Shown: positions 1-10,660, counted from the first letter of the stretch. The stretch: DNA of 59,018 nucleotides from Prevotellaceae bacterium (GCA_022508615.1 JAFLUW010000001.1:10772-69789); one strand, 5' to 3'. Notes: a model not told the origin generated them from the sequence alone. Numbers and translations: made by a program.

Positions 1-36
1 AGTCTGAGTAAGTTGAAACTTAGTCTGAGAAAGTTT
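1..36. repeat. 21-bp quasi-palindromic unit array (partial unit plus one full unit; may extend beyond the window)
   Basis: AGTCTGAGTAAGTTG (1-15) followed by AAACTTAGTCTGAGAAAGTTT (16-36). Confidence 0.9.
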
Positions 37-166
37 CCGGCTGCTTTGCGTCGTCCGGAAATGGGCCTTTCATGCCGCCGGCGTGCGTTGTGTCTGCGGC
101 CGGGGGTCGGGGCTTTCGCGGCGGTGTCGCCGGGGTGGCGGCCCGGCGGTCGGGTTTGTTGCGGCG

Positions 167-2626
167 TCAGAAGGGGTAGCCGATGGCGAAGTGGAAGGCC
201 ATGCCGTCGCGGAAGCGTTCGAGGTTGTAGAAGCCCGTGCGGCGGGTGTCGTAGGGGGCGTGGAGGCCGATTCCCATGTCGAAACGCAACACGAGGAAGT
301 CGAGGTCGTAGCGCAGGCCTGCGCCCGTGCCCACGGCGATGCGGCGAAGCGACGCCGACGTGAGCTCGGCGCCGGGCCGCAGCGCGTCGGCGCGCAGCAA
401 CCAGACGTTGCCGGCGTCGAGGAACACGGCGCCGTTGAGCGAGCCGAAGAGACGGCAGCGCAGCTCGGCGTTGGCTTCGAGCTTGAAGTCGCCGGTCTGG
501 TCGATGTAGGCGTAGCGCTTGTCGGGCGAGCGGTAGGAGCCGGGTCCGACGGTGCGCACGGCGAAACCGCGCACGCTGTTGGCGCCGCCGGTGTAGAATT
601 GTTCGGCGTAAGGCGCGCGCAGGCTGTTGCCGTAGCTCACGACGGCGCCGGCCATGAGGCGCGAGGCGAGGTTGAGCCGGCGGCTGAGGCGCCAGGCCTT
701 GCGGGCTTCGGCCGTGAGGCGCACGAACTGGGCGAAGGGGGCGCCGAGTATCTTTTTCCCCTCGGTGGAGAAGGACTGTCCGCAGGCGGCATAGAGCGCG
801 GAGACGATGTTGCCGGCCTGTTTGGCCGAAACTTGCAGCATGAAGGGGTGGCTCGTCGAAAGGCCGCGGTTGAGCGTGAGGGTGTAGCCCGCGGAGGGGA
901 TGAACTGGTCGCGCATGGAGACGTAGAGCGTGGGGTTGGCCGCGGTGATGGAGTCGAAGACGGCCGTGGAGGACGAAAGTTTGTCGAAGTCGAGCGAAAA
1001 GACCGTCAGCTCGTGGCTGAGCGCGGCGCGGCGTTGCCAGCTGTAGGTCATGGAGAGGCCCGAGGAAATCATGCGGAAGAAGCCCGAACGGTTGCGCCAG
1101 TCGAGGTCGGCCGAAAGACGCGTTCGGGCCGGAAAGCGCAGCCGGCGTCGCCGGTGGCCGGGCATGAGCAGCGAGGGAAGCTCGACGGAGAGGCTCGTGC
1201 CCAGCTCGTAGCTGTCCCACGAGGCGCCTTCGCGCCGGCGGGCGGCGCCGAAGCTCCACTCGTAGGCGCCGAAGATTTTCCATGCCACGGTTTCGCCGCC
1301 CCCGAAAGCGTTGCGTTTCGAGAGTTCGTAGGCTACGCCGGGGCCGATCTGCTGGTTGCTCTTGAGCGTGGCGTTCGTTTCGAACGAGGAGTTGTAGAGC
1401 TTGTCCATGACGGCCGTGATGTGCATGTCGAGTGTGTCGCAGGCGGCGGTAGTGTCGCGCGGCGTGTAGTTGACGCTGAGATTCGAGAAAATGCCGAGGC
1501 TTTGGAGCTTTTCGACGGTGGTTTCGTCGTGGTGAAGCGAGTAGGGGCGGCCCGTGCGCTGCGTGACGGCCTGACGCCAGAGGCGCGGCTTGACGGGCAT
1601 GCGGCTGCCGGAGTAGCGGTAGACGTGATTGCCGCGGGAAAGGCTGTGTTCGGCCTGATAGTCGCCCGGCGCGAACATGTCGACCGTGAGGCTGCCGATG
1701 GTCCACGGGCGGCGGGCGCGCTCGGGCCGGTGGGGGTCGGCCGTGACGCGCAGTTGGACGAAACCTTTGCGCTGCAAGGTGTCGGCTTCGTAGAGAGTGT
1801 GGCTGGCGGTGTAGTAGTAATAGCCGTTTTCGCGCAGCAGGCGCTCGATGCGGCTGCGTTCGTCGGAAAGCGCCGCGGCGCTGAACGCACGCCCCTTGCG
1901 CAGCAGGCTCTCGCGGCGGTGGGCGCGGAGAATGGAGTCGGCATGCAGGCCGAAACCGCCGACGGTGATGCTGTCGAGGCGCCAGAGGCGGCCGGCCGTG
2001 ACGTGGTAGGCGATTTTTGCCTTGCGCGGATTTTTCTGGGTGAGCACTTCGTAGTCCACGCGGCCCGAGAAGTAGCCGTAGCCGCGGAGCGTGGAGGCGG
2101 CGACTTTGGCCCGCACTTCGGGAGAAACGTTGCTCACGAGAACGGGCGGCTGAGAGAAATTGCGGAATATCCAGCGGCCGAGTTTGCCGCGGCGGTCTAC
2201 GAAGGCATTGTAGATCCACAGGCCCGTCTGGAGCGGCGAGCGCAGCGACGACGAGCCGAAAAGGGCGCCGTTGGGGGCATAGGCCAGCACGCCGTCGACT
2301 TCTTCCTTGGCTGTGAGGAAGTCGGCCAGGTCGGCTTTGGCTGCGGCCGCTTCTTCGGGCCGGGCAGCGGGCGTTTCGGCGACGGCGGCGCCGCTGCGGC
2401 CTTCGAGCGCGGCGCTCACGGCGCGTGCGGCTTCGGCTATCGAGGTGATGACGCCGGCGGTGTCGGTCTTTGCGCGCGGATTCTTGCCGGGAGCGTCGCT
2501 GTAATCGATGCGGTCGATGCCGATATAGAGCTGTTCGCCTTCGGGCAGATGGCTCGTAGTGGAGCAAGCGGCCGAAAGCAGCACGGCAAGCAGCAGAAGC
2601 GGAAAGACTTTTTGGGAAAGATGCAT
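167..2626 (-). CDS. tamL: Omp85/TamA-family translocation and assembly module lipoprotein (TamL)
   Basis: Start MHLSQKVF with lipobox LLSAAC; POTRA-like region; barrel motifs YTGGANSVRGF and FLDAGNVW; C-terminal FAIGYPF; adjacent to tamB. Confidence 0.88.
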   Translation of the reverse strand: MHLSQKVFPLLLLAVLLSAACSTTSHLPEGEQLYIGIDRIDYSDAPGKNPRAKTDTAGVITSIAEAARAVSAALEGRSGAAVAETPAARPEEAAAAKADLADFLTAKEEVDGVLAYAPNGALFGSSSLRSPLQTGLWIYNAFVDRRGKLGRWIFRNFSQPPVLVSNVSPEVRAKVAASTLRGYGYFSGRVDYEVLTQKNPRKAKIAYHVTAGRLWRLDSITVGGFGLHADSILRAHRRESLLRKGRAFSAAALSDERSRIERLLRENGYYYYTASHTLYEADTLQRKGFVQLRVTADPHRPERARRPWTIGSLTVDMFAPGDYQAEHSLSRGNHVYRYSGSRMPVKPRLWRQAVTQRTGRPYSLHHDETTVEKLQSLGIFSNLSVNYTPRDTTAACDTLDMHITAVMDKLYNSSFETNATLKSNQQIGPGVAYELSKRNAFGGGETVAWKIFGAYEWSFGAARRREGASWDSYELGTSLSVELPSLLMPGHRRRRLRFPARTRLSADLDWRNRSGFFRMISSGLSMTYSWQRRAALSHELTVFSLDFDKLSSSTAVFDSITAANPTLYVSMRDQFIPSAGYTLTLNRGLSTSHPFMLQVSAKQAGNIVSALYAACGQSFSTEGKKILGAPFAQFVRLTAEARKAWRLSRRLNLASRLMAGAVVSYGNSLRAPYAEQFYTGGANSVRGFAVRTVGPGSYRSPDKRYAYIDQTGDFKLEANAELRCRLFGSLNGAVFLDAGNVWLLRADALRPGAELTSASLRRIAVGTGAGLRYDLDFLVLRFDMGIGLHAPYDTRRTGFYNLERFRDGMAFHFAIGYPF

Positions 2627-2657
2627 GACAAGTCGGTGGAAATGGACGCGGAGGGCC

Positions 2658-5600
2658 TCAGTCTCCGGAAGAAGAGGCAGACGCGGGCGCGCCGGTGTCC
2701 TTTCGGCGCGTGCGGAACAGGAATAGTTCGCCCAGACGCTCTGTTTTGCGCCGCAACATGAGGCCGGCGCCCGTGCGGGTGTACTGTCCTTCGAGCGGAT
2801 CGGTGGCTGATCGGTCGTAGAAGGCGCGGACGTAGCGCGTGGAGCCGCGGTCGAGGCGATACTCCACGGAAATGTTGTCGATGAAAGTTTCGGCGGAATT
2901 GACGGCCTCAGATCCGGTGGAGACTTTGCCGCCGACAACGACGGCAATGCGGTCGTTCCAGAAACGTTTGGCGAAGCGGAAAGAATAGTCGGTCGTCGTG
3001 GTGCCGGCGGCGGTGGTATTGTCTTCGACGCCGAGACTGATGTCGACGGTGCGCAGGGCTGAGCCGGCAATGTTCTGAATTTCGCTTTGCAGGAAAGCGT
3101 TGAGGGCGTTCGAGGCCTTGAAGCCGCCCGAGCCGGAGGCCAGCGATTCGTCGGTGAGGTACATGCCGGTGGCGAGCATGGCCACTGCGGCTTTGGCGCG
3201 GCCGGCGTCGGTCATGGCGCGCAGTTGATTTTGCACGCTGAGGTCTTCGGGGGCGTCGATGGTGAAAGTCAGGCCCATGTCGGCGAGGGCCTGCGTGATG
3301 TGGAGCCCGACGTCGAAGTTCACGCTACGCGGCATTTCGTTTTCGGTGACGGTGGCTTTGACGCGCTCGGTGGCGGCGATGTCGAGCGTGGGATTGGCGG
3401 CGTCGCCGGTGAACTCGATGTAGGAGCCTTGGGCCAGTGAGAATGTTTTGAGCGGTATGACGGGCAGTTCGTACTTCATTTCGCCGGAGTTCATCGTGAT
3501 GCGGCCGGTCAGACGCATGTCGCCGGTTTCGGTCATGCGGAGCGTGAGGCTGCCGCCGCCTTCGACGTCGACATAGCTTTGGCCGTCTTCGGAAAGCAGG
3601 CAGTGGAAGCGTGCGGCTTCGGCGACATCGATGCCGAGAGTCATGTCGAAAGTGCCCTGAGAGAGTGGTGTTTCGTCGTAAACGCGGGTGGAGTCGTTGA
3701 AGTCGGTGAAACGCACGAGTGAACTGAGACGGTCGTCGGCGCTGAGGGGGGAGTCTTTGAGGATATAGGTGACATCGGTGCCGCCGAGCACGCCGAGCCG
3801 GCCGCGAATGACAAGATGGTCAAGCGTTCCGTTGAGTGTGCCGTCGAAATCGGCCAGTAATTTGCCGTAGACGAGGCTTTCGCGCTTTCGGCGGGCGTTG
3901 ATGAGCTCGTAAGAGCGGGCTCGCATGGCCAAACCGAGGCTTATGCGGCTCAAATCGGAGAAATTTACGTCGCCGCTGACCGTGAGCGGCTCGCTTCCGG
4001 CGGACCGGAGGGAGAAATTGTCGAGCAGGATGGCAGAATGTCGGACATAAACGGGCGTTTCGGCCATGTGCAGGTCGAAACCGTAGGCGGGCGAATGAAG
4101 ACGTCCCTGACGGAAAGCCAGACTGCCGTCGAACACGGGTTTTTCGAGCGGCCCGCTGATGTCGAGCCGGCCCGAGGCCGCTCCGGCAAGGGCTACGTCG
4201 GTTCCGGCAAGGAAACCGTTGGCCATAGTCAGGGGGAAATCGTTGAGCACGGCGCTGCCCTCGAAAGTAGCGTCGGTTTCGTGGAATATGCCGCTCAACT
4301 CGAGTACTTCGAGCGAGTCGCTGCGTAAAGTGGCCGCGAGTTGATGCAAGCCTTCGCCTTCGGGAGTGTAACTTCCTTTGAGTCCGAGATTGCCGAGCGG
4401 GGCATCTTCGAAAGTAAGCGCGTCGGCGGCGAGTGCAAAGTCGGCCGATATGCGTTTCCGGCTGTCCTGTGTGGCGCGCAGCCGGCCCGAGAGCATGCCG
4501 GAAAGGCGTGGCATGAAAGGAAGTACGGAAGAAAGTTCGCCAAGATTGACATGGCTGAGCGCAAGGGTCATGTCGCTGGTGCTGTCGGCGGGAGCACCGT
4601 AGAGTTTCAGGCCGGTTCCGTCGTCGGCCAACAGGTCTATGTCGGCCGAGACGCCGCGGCGGTTGAGCCGGAAGTAGTTGTCGGGATTTACGCGGAAGCT
4701 GCGGTAAGCGATGACAGGGTTTGCCGGCTCGATGGTGGCCGTCAGGCTGCTGTCGGCCAACGTGGCGCGCAGCCCGAAGTCGATTCCTTTGCGGCCGTCG
4801 CTGTCGAAAAACTTTATTGCGGCGCCGACAGCGTCTGTAAGCAGGAAAGCGTCGGCCTCGGCACGGAATTTGTTGGGATTATGTTTGGTATAGTTGCGAA
4901 TTTCGCTGTGCAACCGCATACCGTCGGCTGTCTGCGTGAGCCGGGCTTCGATGGTGTCGATTTGCATGGAGCCTGTGTCGAAAGTGCCGGCTGTAAAGTG
5001 TCCGCTGACGCCGTCGTCCGGATTGGTGACAAGGTCGAGGCGGAGACTTTCGAAAGACATGCCCTTATATTTAAGGACGGAGTAGAGCGGATTGCGCTTT
5101 CCGGCAGCAAGATGGAGCGCTGCAGGCGGAAGACTCTGGCGCAAAGCCTCGTAATCGAGCGTGCGGCGGTCGATTTGCTCCATGAGAATTCCGACAGTCC
5201 GCCCGAAAGCTGCACCGATGTCTTCGGGTGCTTGTCCTGCGTCGAGACTCAGCACGAGGTCGCCCGAGTTGATGCGGGCCGAGGTACTGTCTTCGCGGGC
5301 CGAAAAGTCGAACAGCAGGTCGCGGGCCGAAATACTTTTTTTCGGTGTGAGAAAGCGCAGATTCTCCAGGCCGCCTGCCAGGCCGTAACGTCGGAAATGC
5401 CGGTCGGAACGGGCTGCAAGCCGGAGATGTCCGCCCGCTGCGAGCGTGTCGGCCATGCCGGCAAGTTGCCAGACGGGTACTTCGTCGACGTCGACTGCGA
5501 GCGTGAGGGAATACTCCTTATCTAATACGGCGTCGAGCCGGCCTGTAGCGCGAACTACGGCGTTGTCGGCCGCGAATGTGGCCGTGGCTTTCCCGTTGTT

Positions 5601-7361
5601 CAGGGCAGCGTCGAATTTCAGACTGCCCAATTGATATTTGTCGAAAACAAAGTCGCTGACGTGGCCCTTTGCTGTGAACCGAGCGCCGTGTGCAGTGGGG
5701 TCGAAGCCTCTTCCGCGCGCTTCGAGGCGTGCTGTGGCCGCGCCGAACCCCTGTCCGGGCAAGAAAGCGCCGACGGGGAAGCGCCGGGCGTCGACAAGCG
5801 CCGAATAGGTTTCGCTTTCGAGGTCGGCATAGCCTTTGATTCGTGCCTGTCCGCCAGCCATGAGGCGCAAGTCGGCCTCATAGCGTTCTCCGCGGAAGCC
5901 TGCTGTCCCTTTCAGCCGCAGTCCGCGCGGCAGCGCCAGCCCTTCGGGCAGGAGAGGGCGCAATGCGGCTGTATGGCCGAGCGAAGCATCGAAATTGAGC
6001 GTGCCGCTACGCTGCGGGGTGGTCAGCCTTTCGGCGTGGCCCGCTGCTGTGAGGCGTGCAATGCCGCCCAATGCCGCTTCGAGGCTGTCTATGTGCAAAT
6101 GGTCGAGATTTCCGCCGGCCCGACCGCGCACTGTGAGCGTTTCTTGAGGATAAAGTTTCAACAACGCGGCGTCCACTATGCCGCCGGCCAACGACGCGAC
6201 GTCCTCGTGGCCTATGGCGGCGTCGATGTCGAACGTAAGGCTGCCGTCGCGGCCTGCTGCCAGTGCGCGCCAGGGCAGAACGAGGCCGATATCGGCCCGC
6301 GAGTGGCGCGTGCGCAGTCGGAGTGCCGGCACACGCAGCTCCGCGGAGTCCATATATATATGTCCTGCCAAATCGGTCACTTCCAACCCGCCGCGTTCGC
6401 GCAGACGAATGCCGCTGGCCGCGAGTTGCAGCGTGCCGTCGGCCCGGTAGAAGATGCTGTCGGCCGTCAGTGCGAACCGGTCTATCCGCAAATGCGCCGG
6501 GTCGAGCCCCGGGGCAAAAGTTTCAGCGTCTTCGGGCGAAGCCGAAGCTTGCGGGCAGAGGTCGGCGCCGAGCTGGCAGCGCGCAAGCCTGAGCCGGCCG
6601 ACTGTATAGTTGCCCTTTCCGGTGTCGAAACAACCGTTGTCGAGCGTGGCGCGGCCTATGGCCGTGCGAACGAACATCGAGTCGCCCGGCAGCGCAAGCC
6701 TGAGCCGCGTGTTGCGCAGTTCGGCGCGCGCCAGCCGGATGTCCCAGCGCGAATCGGAGGCTGACGTGTCGGCCGCGGCCGTGTCCGAGAGCACCACCAG
6801 CAGATCGGCGTCGCGCAGACAGACTTCGTCGAGCGCGATACGCTCCCGCCGCCATTCGATGCCGTGGCTCGCAGCCGTGAGCCGGCCCACACGGCCCTCG
6901 ATGCGCGTGTCGCTGATCCAGTCTTTCGTGCCGAGCACAGCGTTGTAGAGTCCGAAACCCTCGATGTCGGCCCGTCCGCGAAAGAGCGGCCAGAAAGCCA
7001 CGTCGAGCCGCAGGGAGCGGGCGGCAACAATCGTGTCGCGTCCCTCGCAGGCCGAAAAGCTATTCGCAGCAAGGTCGAGCGGAAAAGCCAGCCGCACGTG
7101 GTCGATGCGAATGTCGAGTCCCGTTTCGGCCGAAAGGCGTTGGCAGGTTTTGTCTGCGAGATATTGCTGAACCGGCGGCAGATAGACGATGATGGCCAAT
7201 ACGAAAAAAAGTGCCACCGGCGTTAGGGCGACGGCGGCAAGCCATCGGCCGGCGCGGCGTGCGCGGCTTTTTGCCGGACGCGCCGCGCCGGTGGTGTCGT
7301 CTTTGCGCAACTTTTCGCCGGCATTTGTTTCGGGTGTTTCCGTAACGGGCTTGGGGTTCAT
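2658..7361 (-). CDS. tamB: Translocation/assembly module TamB (DUF490)
   Basis: About 1567 aa from MNPKPV; single N-terminal TM (LFFVLAIIVYLPPVQQ); long beta-taco body; C-terminal DUF490-type motifs (GSYIEFTGDAANPTLDI, DYSFRFAKRFWNDR). Confidence 0.88.
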   Translation of the reverse strand: MNPKPVTETPETNAGEKLRKDDTTGAARPAKSRARRAGRWLAAVALTPVALFFVLAIIVYLPPVQQYLADKTCQRLSAETGLDIRIDHVRLAFPLDLAANSFSACEGRDTIVAARSLRLDVAFWPLFRGRADIEGFGLYNAVLGTKDWISDTRIEGRVGRLTAASHGIEWRRERIALDEVCLRDADLLVVLSDTAAADTSASDSRWDIRLARAELRNTRLRLALPGDSMFVRTAIGRATLDNGCFDTGKGNYTVGRLRLARCQLGADLCPQASASPEDAETFAPGLDPAHLRIDRFALTADSIFYRADGTLQLAASGIRLRERGGLEVTDLAGHIYMDSAELRVPALRLRTRHSRADIGLVLPWRALAAGRDGSLTFDIDAAIGHEDVASLAGGIVDAALLKLYPQETLTVRGRAGGNLDHLHIDSLEAALGGIARLTAAGHAERLTTPQRSGTLNFDASLGHTAALRPLLPEGLALPRGLRLKGTAGFRGERYEADLRLMAGGQARIKGYADLESETYSALVDARRFPVGAFLPGQGFGAATARLEARGRGFDPTAHGARFTAKGHVSDFVFDKYQLGSLKFDAALNNGKATATFAADNAVVRATGRLDAVLDKEYSLTLAVDVDEVPVWQLAGMADTLAAGGHLRLAARSDRHFRRYGLAGGLENLRFLTPKKSISARDLLFDFSAREDSTSARINSGDLVLSLDAGQAPEDIGAAFGRTVGILMEQIDRRTLDYEALRQSLPPAALHLAAGKRNPLYSVLKYKGMSFESLRLDLVTNPDDGVSGHFTAGTFDTGSMQIDTIEARLTQTADGMRLHSEIRNYTKHNPNKFRAEADAFLLTDAVGAAIKFFDSDGRKGIDFGLRATLADSSLTATIEPANPVIAYRSFRVNPDNYFRLNRRGVSADIDLLADDGTGLKLYGAPADSTSDMTLALSHVNLGELSSVLPFMPRLSGMLSGRLRATQDSRKRISADFALAADALTFEDAPLGNLGLKGSYTPEGEGLHQLAATLRSDSLEVLELSGIFHETDATFEGSAVLNDFPLTMANGFLAGTDVALAGAASGRLDISGPLEKPVFDGSLAFRQGRLHSPAYGFDLHMAETPVYVRHSAILLDNFSLRSAGSEPLTVSGDVNFSDLSRISLGLAMRARSYELINARRKRESLVYGKLLADFDGTLNGTLDHLVIRGRLGVLGGTDVTYILKDSPLSADDRLSSLVRFTDFNDSTRVYDETPLSQGTFDMTLGIDVAEAARFHCLLSEDGQSYVDVEGGGSLTLRMTETGDMRLTGRITMNSGEMKYELPVIPLKTFSLAQGSYIEFTGDAANPTLDIAATERVKATVTENEMPRSVNFDVGLHITQALADMGLTFTIDAPEDLSVQNQLRAMTDAGRAKAAVAMLATGMYLTDESLASGSGGFKASNALNAFLQSEIQNIAGSALRTVDISLGVEDNTTAAGTTTTDYSFRFAKRFWNDRIAVVVGGKVSTGSEAVNSAETFIDNISVEYRLDRGSTRYVRAFYDRSATDPLEGQYTRTGAGLMLRRKTERLGELFLFRTRRKDTGAPASASSSGD

Positions 7362-7444
7362 GGACAATGGCGTATTGGCCGCAAAATTAGTATAAATCCC
7401 CGGAGTTGCCAAACCTGCGGCCGGAATGGGCCGCAGGCCGGGCG

Positions 7445-7918
7445 TCAGCCGTCTGTCAGGGTGTCGAGACGGCTCATCACGAGTCCGGCCTCGAAGCCAC
7501 GGCCGAGCAGAAAGCGGGCCAGTTTTTCGCGGCGGGCGCGGGGTTCTTCGTTGTCGAGGCTCCGAAGTTTGGCACGGGCCGATGCCGCGAAGGCCTGTTC
7601 GTATTCTTCGCTGCCGATGGCGGCAAGCGCCTCGCCGATGTCTGTTTCCGAGAGATGCCGCGCGGTGAGCGCGGCGCGTATCTTCATCCGGCCCCACCGG
7701 CTGTAACGCAGTTTGTCGAGGGCAAACGCCCGGGCGTAGCGGTTCTCGTCGATGAAGCCCTCGCGCTCCAGACGGTCGGCCGCGGCGCGGGCTTCGGCCG
7801 CAGGCAGGCCGCGCCGGGCCAGTTTGTCGAGAATGTCTGCGCGGCAATGCTCGGCCCGGGCGCAAAGGGCGGCCATTGCGGCGTAGGCACTTTCGGCTGT
7901 GAGCGGTTGTCGGGGCAT
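7445..7918 (-). CDS. recX: RecX regulatory protein
   Basis: LCARAEHC, GFIDENRYARAF, WGRMKI and KLARFLLGRGF motifs. Confidence 0.9.
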   Translation of the reverse strand: MPRQPLTAESAYAAMAALCARAEHCRADILDKLARRGLPAAEARAAADRLEREGFIDENRYARAFALDKLRYSRWGRMKIRAALTARHLSETDIGEALAAIGSEEYEQAFAASARAKLRSLDNEEPRARREKLARFLLGRGFEAGLVMSRLDTLTDG

Positions 7919-7987
7919 GCTATATATAATAATGGGTGCGAGCCCGGATGGACGGGCTGTCAGTTTGTGCTGACACAAACCGACGGC

Positions 7988-8800
7988 TCAGCGTTTCAGC
8001 ACGGCGCGCACGGCGAACCATGCATGGCAGGCCGCGGTCGTCGCCCAGCCGTAGTGGCGGGCCATGATGCGGAAACGTTCGCGGAGCGAGGCGCGGTGAT
8101 GGCGTGCCGTGGCGCCACCTTCGAGGAAATCGGCGATGACAATGTGCGTATTGTGCGGCGCGAGCGGCTCGCTTTCGGCCTTGCGCAGCAGACGCAGACA
8201 CCAGTCGAAGTCTGCCGAGAAGCGGTAGCCGAGGTCGTAGGGCGTGGCTTGGGCCAAATCCGTGCGGGCAAGGAAAGACTGGTGGCAGACCAGCATGCCG
8301 CTGCGCAGCGAGCGCCAGTCGAGCCGTGCGGGCGGCTCGAGCCGGCGGTGGCGCACAAAGCGGCCGGCGTCGTCGACAATGTCCGTCCGTCCGTAGACGA
8401 CGGCGGGGCGCTGCGTCCCTATCTGGCGGGCAATTTCTTCGAGCACGCGGTCGTCGTGGAGCGTGTCGCCGGCGTTCAGGAAAAGGATGTAGTGGCCTGT
8501 GGCCAGCGTGAGCGCCTTGTTCATGGCGTCGTAGATGCCTTCGTCGGGCTCTGTGCGGCAAACGATGTCGCGCGGCTGCTCGCGGCGCGAGTTGCGCTCC
8601 TGGTAGCGGTGGACGAGGGCAAGTGTGTCGTCGGCAGATTTTCCGTCGACGATGACATGTTCGATGCAGGTGTAGGTTTGCCGCTCCACGCTTTCGATGG
8701 TGCGGCCGATGAGGCTGCCGGCGTTGTAGGTGACGGTGGCGACGGTGAATTTCAGTGGGTTGGCGGCGTCGGCCGCGGCCGGCGGAGGTTGGGTTTCCAT
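7988..8800 (-). CDS. Glycosyltransferase family 2 (WcaE-like)
   Basis: TVTYN, VIVDGKSADDT, EPDEGIYDAMNKAL, FLNAGD, VCHQS, SADFDW. Confidence 0.9.
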   Translation of the reverse strand: METQPPPAAADAANPLKFTVATVTYNAGSLIGRTIESVERQTYTCIEHVIVDGKSADDTLALVHRYQERNSRREQPRDIVCRTEPDEGIYDAMNKALTLATGHYILFLNAGDTLHDDRVLEEIARQIGTQRPAVVYGRTDIVDDAGRFVRHRRLEPPARLDWRSLRSGMLVCHQSFLARTDLAQATPYDLGYRFSADFDWCLRLLRKAESEPLAPHNTHIVIADFLEGGATARHHRASLRERFRIMARHYGWATTAACHAWFAVRAVLKR

Positions 8801-8821
8801 GTGCGGAGGGGGAGGGGTGGA

Positions 8822-10111
8822 CTAAGTGTTTTTGTTGTTTGTGTCGGTTTCGAGTATGCCGCGGTAGAGGGCCGTGTAGCGGGCGGCCACGACTTCGCGG
8901 CCGTAGTTTTCGACGGCCATGCGGCGCGCCGTGCGGCATTGTTCGGCGTAGTTCGTGCCGAAAAGGGTCTGCGCGATGCCGTGTCCGAGGTCGCCGGCGT
9001 CGCGGTAGGCGGCCAAATAGCCGTTTAGGCCGGTCTTGATCATCTGGGGCAGGCCTCCCGTGTGGAAGCCCACGCAGGGAGTGCCCGTGGCCAGCGCTTC
9101 GACGATGGTGTTGGGCAGATTGTCCTGCAGGGTGGGCATGACGAGCAGGTCGGCGGCGGCATAGAGGTCGCGCATCCGCGCTGGGTCGGCCACGTAGCCC
9201 ATGGCGTGCGCCTCGACGTCGAAAAGCGCGGCGGCCTCGTCTGCATCTTCGCCGGCTATGGCTACGGCCAGCCGTTGGGCCAGGTCGGGCAGCCGTCGGG
9301 ACAGCAGGTGGAGCGCGTCGGCCAGATAGTGTATGCCTTTGGCAGGATCGGTGGCGCGGCAGGCCACGAAGAGCAGGATGCGCTTGCCTTCGGGCAGCCC
9401 CAGACGCCGCCGGGCTTCGCCGCTGTCGCGCGGCGCGAAAAAGTCCGTGTCGATTGGGTTGGGAATGCTGCGCACGGTGTGGCCGTCGGTCAGCGGCGAT
9501 TCGGCCGCCATGGCTGCCAAATAGTCCGAGCAGCCCACGAAGTGGATGTGGCCGCGGGCATAGATGTCGCGTTTGCGGCGGAACACGCGGCGCGACAGGT
9601 CGTCGGCCTTCCCCTTGCCCGGAAGCAGCGGGCAGTAGCCGCAGTCGCGCTTCCAGCGGTCGCACGTGGTGAGCGCGGCCAGGTGGCAGATACCCATGAA
9701 AGGCCACATGTCGTGGAGTGTCCAGACGATGGGCTTCGGCCCGCCCACGAGGCGTTCGAGGTCGGCGGCCGAGAGCATGGCCTGCCCCACCCAGTGCAGA
9801 TGAACGATGTCGGCCCAGGCATAGAGCGGGTGGCGCGTGATGTCCGTGCCGAAACGGGCTTGGTCGATTTGGAACAGGTTTTTCCGGCTGAAGCCTCCGC
9901 GCACGAAAAGCTCGAGCCGTTCGAGCGCGAATTTGACCTGCGCCCGGCGGCCGTGGGGTATGGCTTCGACCAGCGGGTCGTCCGTGCGCTTCCGTCGCAC
10001 GAGCATGCGGGCTTCGACCTGTCCGGTGGCGGCGAGCGCCTGCATCAGCCGGCGTGCCGCAATGGCGGCGCCGCCGACGTCGTCGGAGGTGTTTACAAAG
10101 AGTATGCGCAT
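8822..10111 (-). CDS. Glycosyltransferase family 4 (WcaC-like)
   Basis: GGAAIAARRL, IVWTLHDMW plus Cys cluster, DNLPNTIVEALATGTPCVGF. Confidence 0.9.
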   Translation of the reverse strand: MRILFVNTSDDVGGAAIAARRLMQALAATGQVEARMLVRRKRTDDPLVEAIPHGRRAQVKFALERLELFVRGGFSRKNLFQIDQARFGTDITRHPLYAWADIVHLHWVGQAMLSAADLERLVGGPKPIVWTLHDMWPFMGICHLAALTTCDRWKRDCGYCPLLPGKGKADDLSRRVFRRKRDIYARGHIHFVGCSDYLAAMAAESPLTDGHTVRSIPNPIDTDFFAPRDSGEARRRLGLPEGKRILLFVACRATDPAKGIHYLADALHLLSRRLPDLAQRLAVAIAGEDADEAAALFDVEAHAMGYVADPARMRDLYAAADLLVMPTLQDNLPNTIVEALATGTPCVGFHTGGLPQMIKTGLNGYLAAYRDAGDLGHGIAQTLFGTNYAEQCRTARRMAVENYGREVVAARYTALYRGILETDTNNKNT

Positions 10112-10322
10112 AGCTGATGAAGCGGGCTTGCGTCGTCCGCCGCTGCAAATGTACGCAAAAATCGCGACGCCGCGTTGCCCCGTGCCGTTCTATCTGTGCG
10201 CCGGCTGCGGCTGCGTGCGCGCGGCCGGCCGTTTCTCTCTGTCCGGCGGCTGTCCCTGCCGGTCGTCAGCCGGCTCGGGCGGCGGCGCAAGGCGCTGAAA
10301 GACAGTTCTTCGCATGGAGCGA

Positions 10323-10385
10323 AAACTTAGTCTGAGTAAGTTTGAACTTACTCAGACTAAGTTCAAACTTACTCAGACTAAGTTT
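10323..10385. repeat. 21-bp unit array, 3 units (cores F,R,R)
   Basis: AAACTTAGTCTGAGTAAGTTT / GAACTTACTCAGACTAAGTTC / AAACTTACTCAGACTAAGTTT. Confidence 0.95.
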
Positions 10386-10564
10386 CGCCTTTCGCCGGCT
10401 TGTTTCCGTCCGTCGCGGTGCAACATGCCCGTTGCGCTGCGGCGGTGCAGCTTTCCGGCCGTCGTGGCGGCCGGAGGTCGGGGCGAATGCCGGATTACTT
10501 TGTCGTTAGGTGCTGTCTGCGTGCTTGTACGATGAAAAACACAATGATTTGCACGCAGAAAAGG

Positions 10565-10578
10565 GTGCCCCCTCGGAG
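10565..10578. repeat. att core (duplicated tRNA 3' end)
   Basis: GTGCCCCCTCGGAG identical to 16789-16802. Confidence 0.9.
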
Positions 10579-10638
10579 GGCATTCCGTTAATTTTTAACC
10601 GTATCTATATCAACGTTTTATATTTCCGTTTCTCGTTG

Positions 10639-10660
10639 TTTTGTCTACGTTTTGTCTACG
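10639..10660. repeat. Putative integrase arm-type sites, left end
   Basis: TTTTGTCTACG x2 in tandem; same motif recurs at 16597-16643. Confidence 0.7.

Noticed and set aside
83-2761. Long antisense ORFs (for example 83-2761, 7406-9028, 35594-38023, 32879-34915, and the 5' part of 17902-19992)
   Set aside because: Shadow frames of well-supported genes on the opposite strand, expected in high-GC DNA; no recognisable motifs.
10323-10385. 21-bp arrays as CRISPR arrays
   Set aside because: Units abut with no unique spacers, arrays have only 2-4 units, and no cas genes are present.
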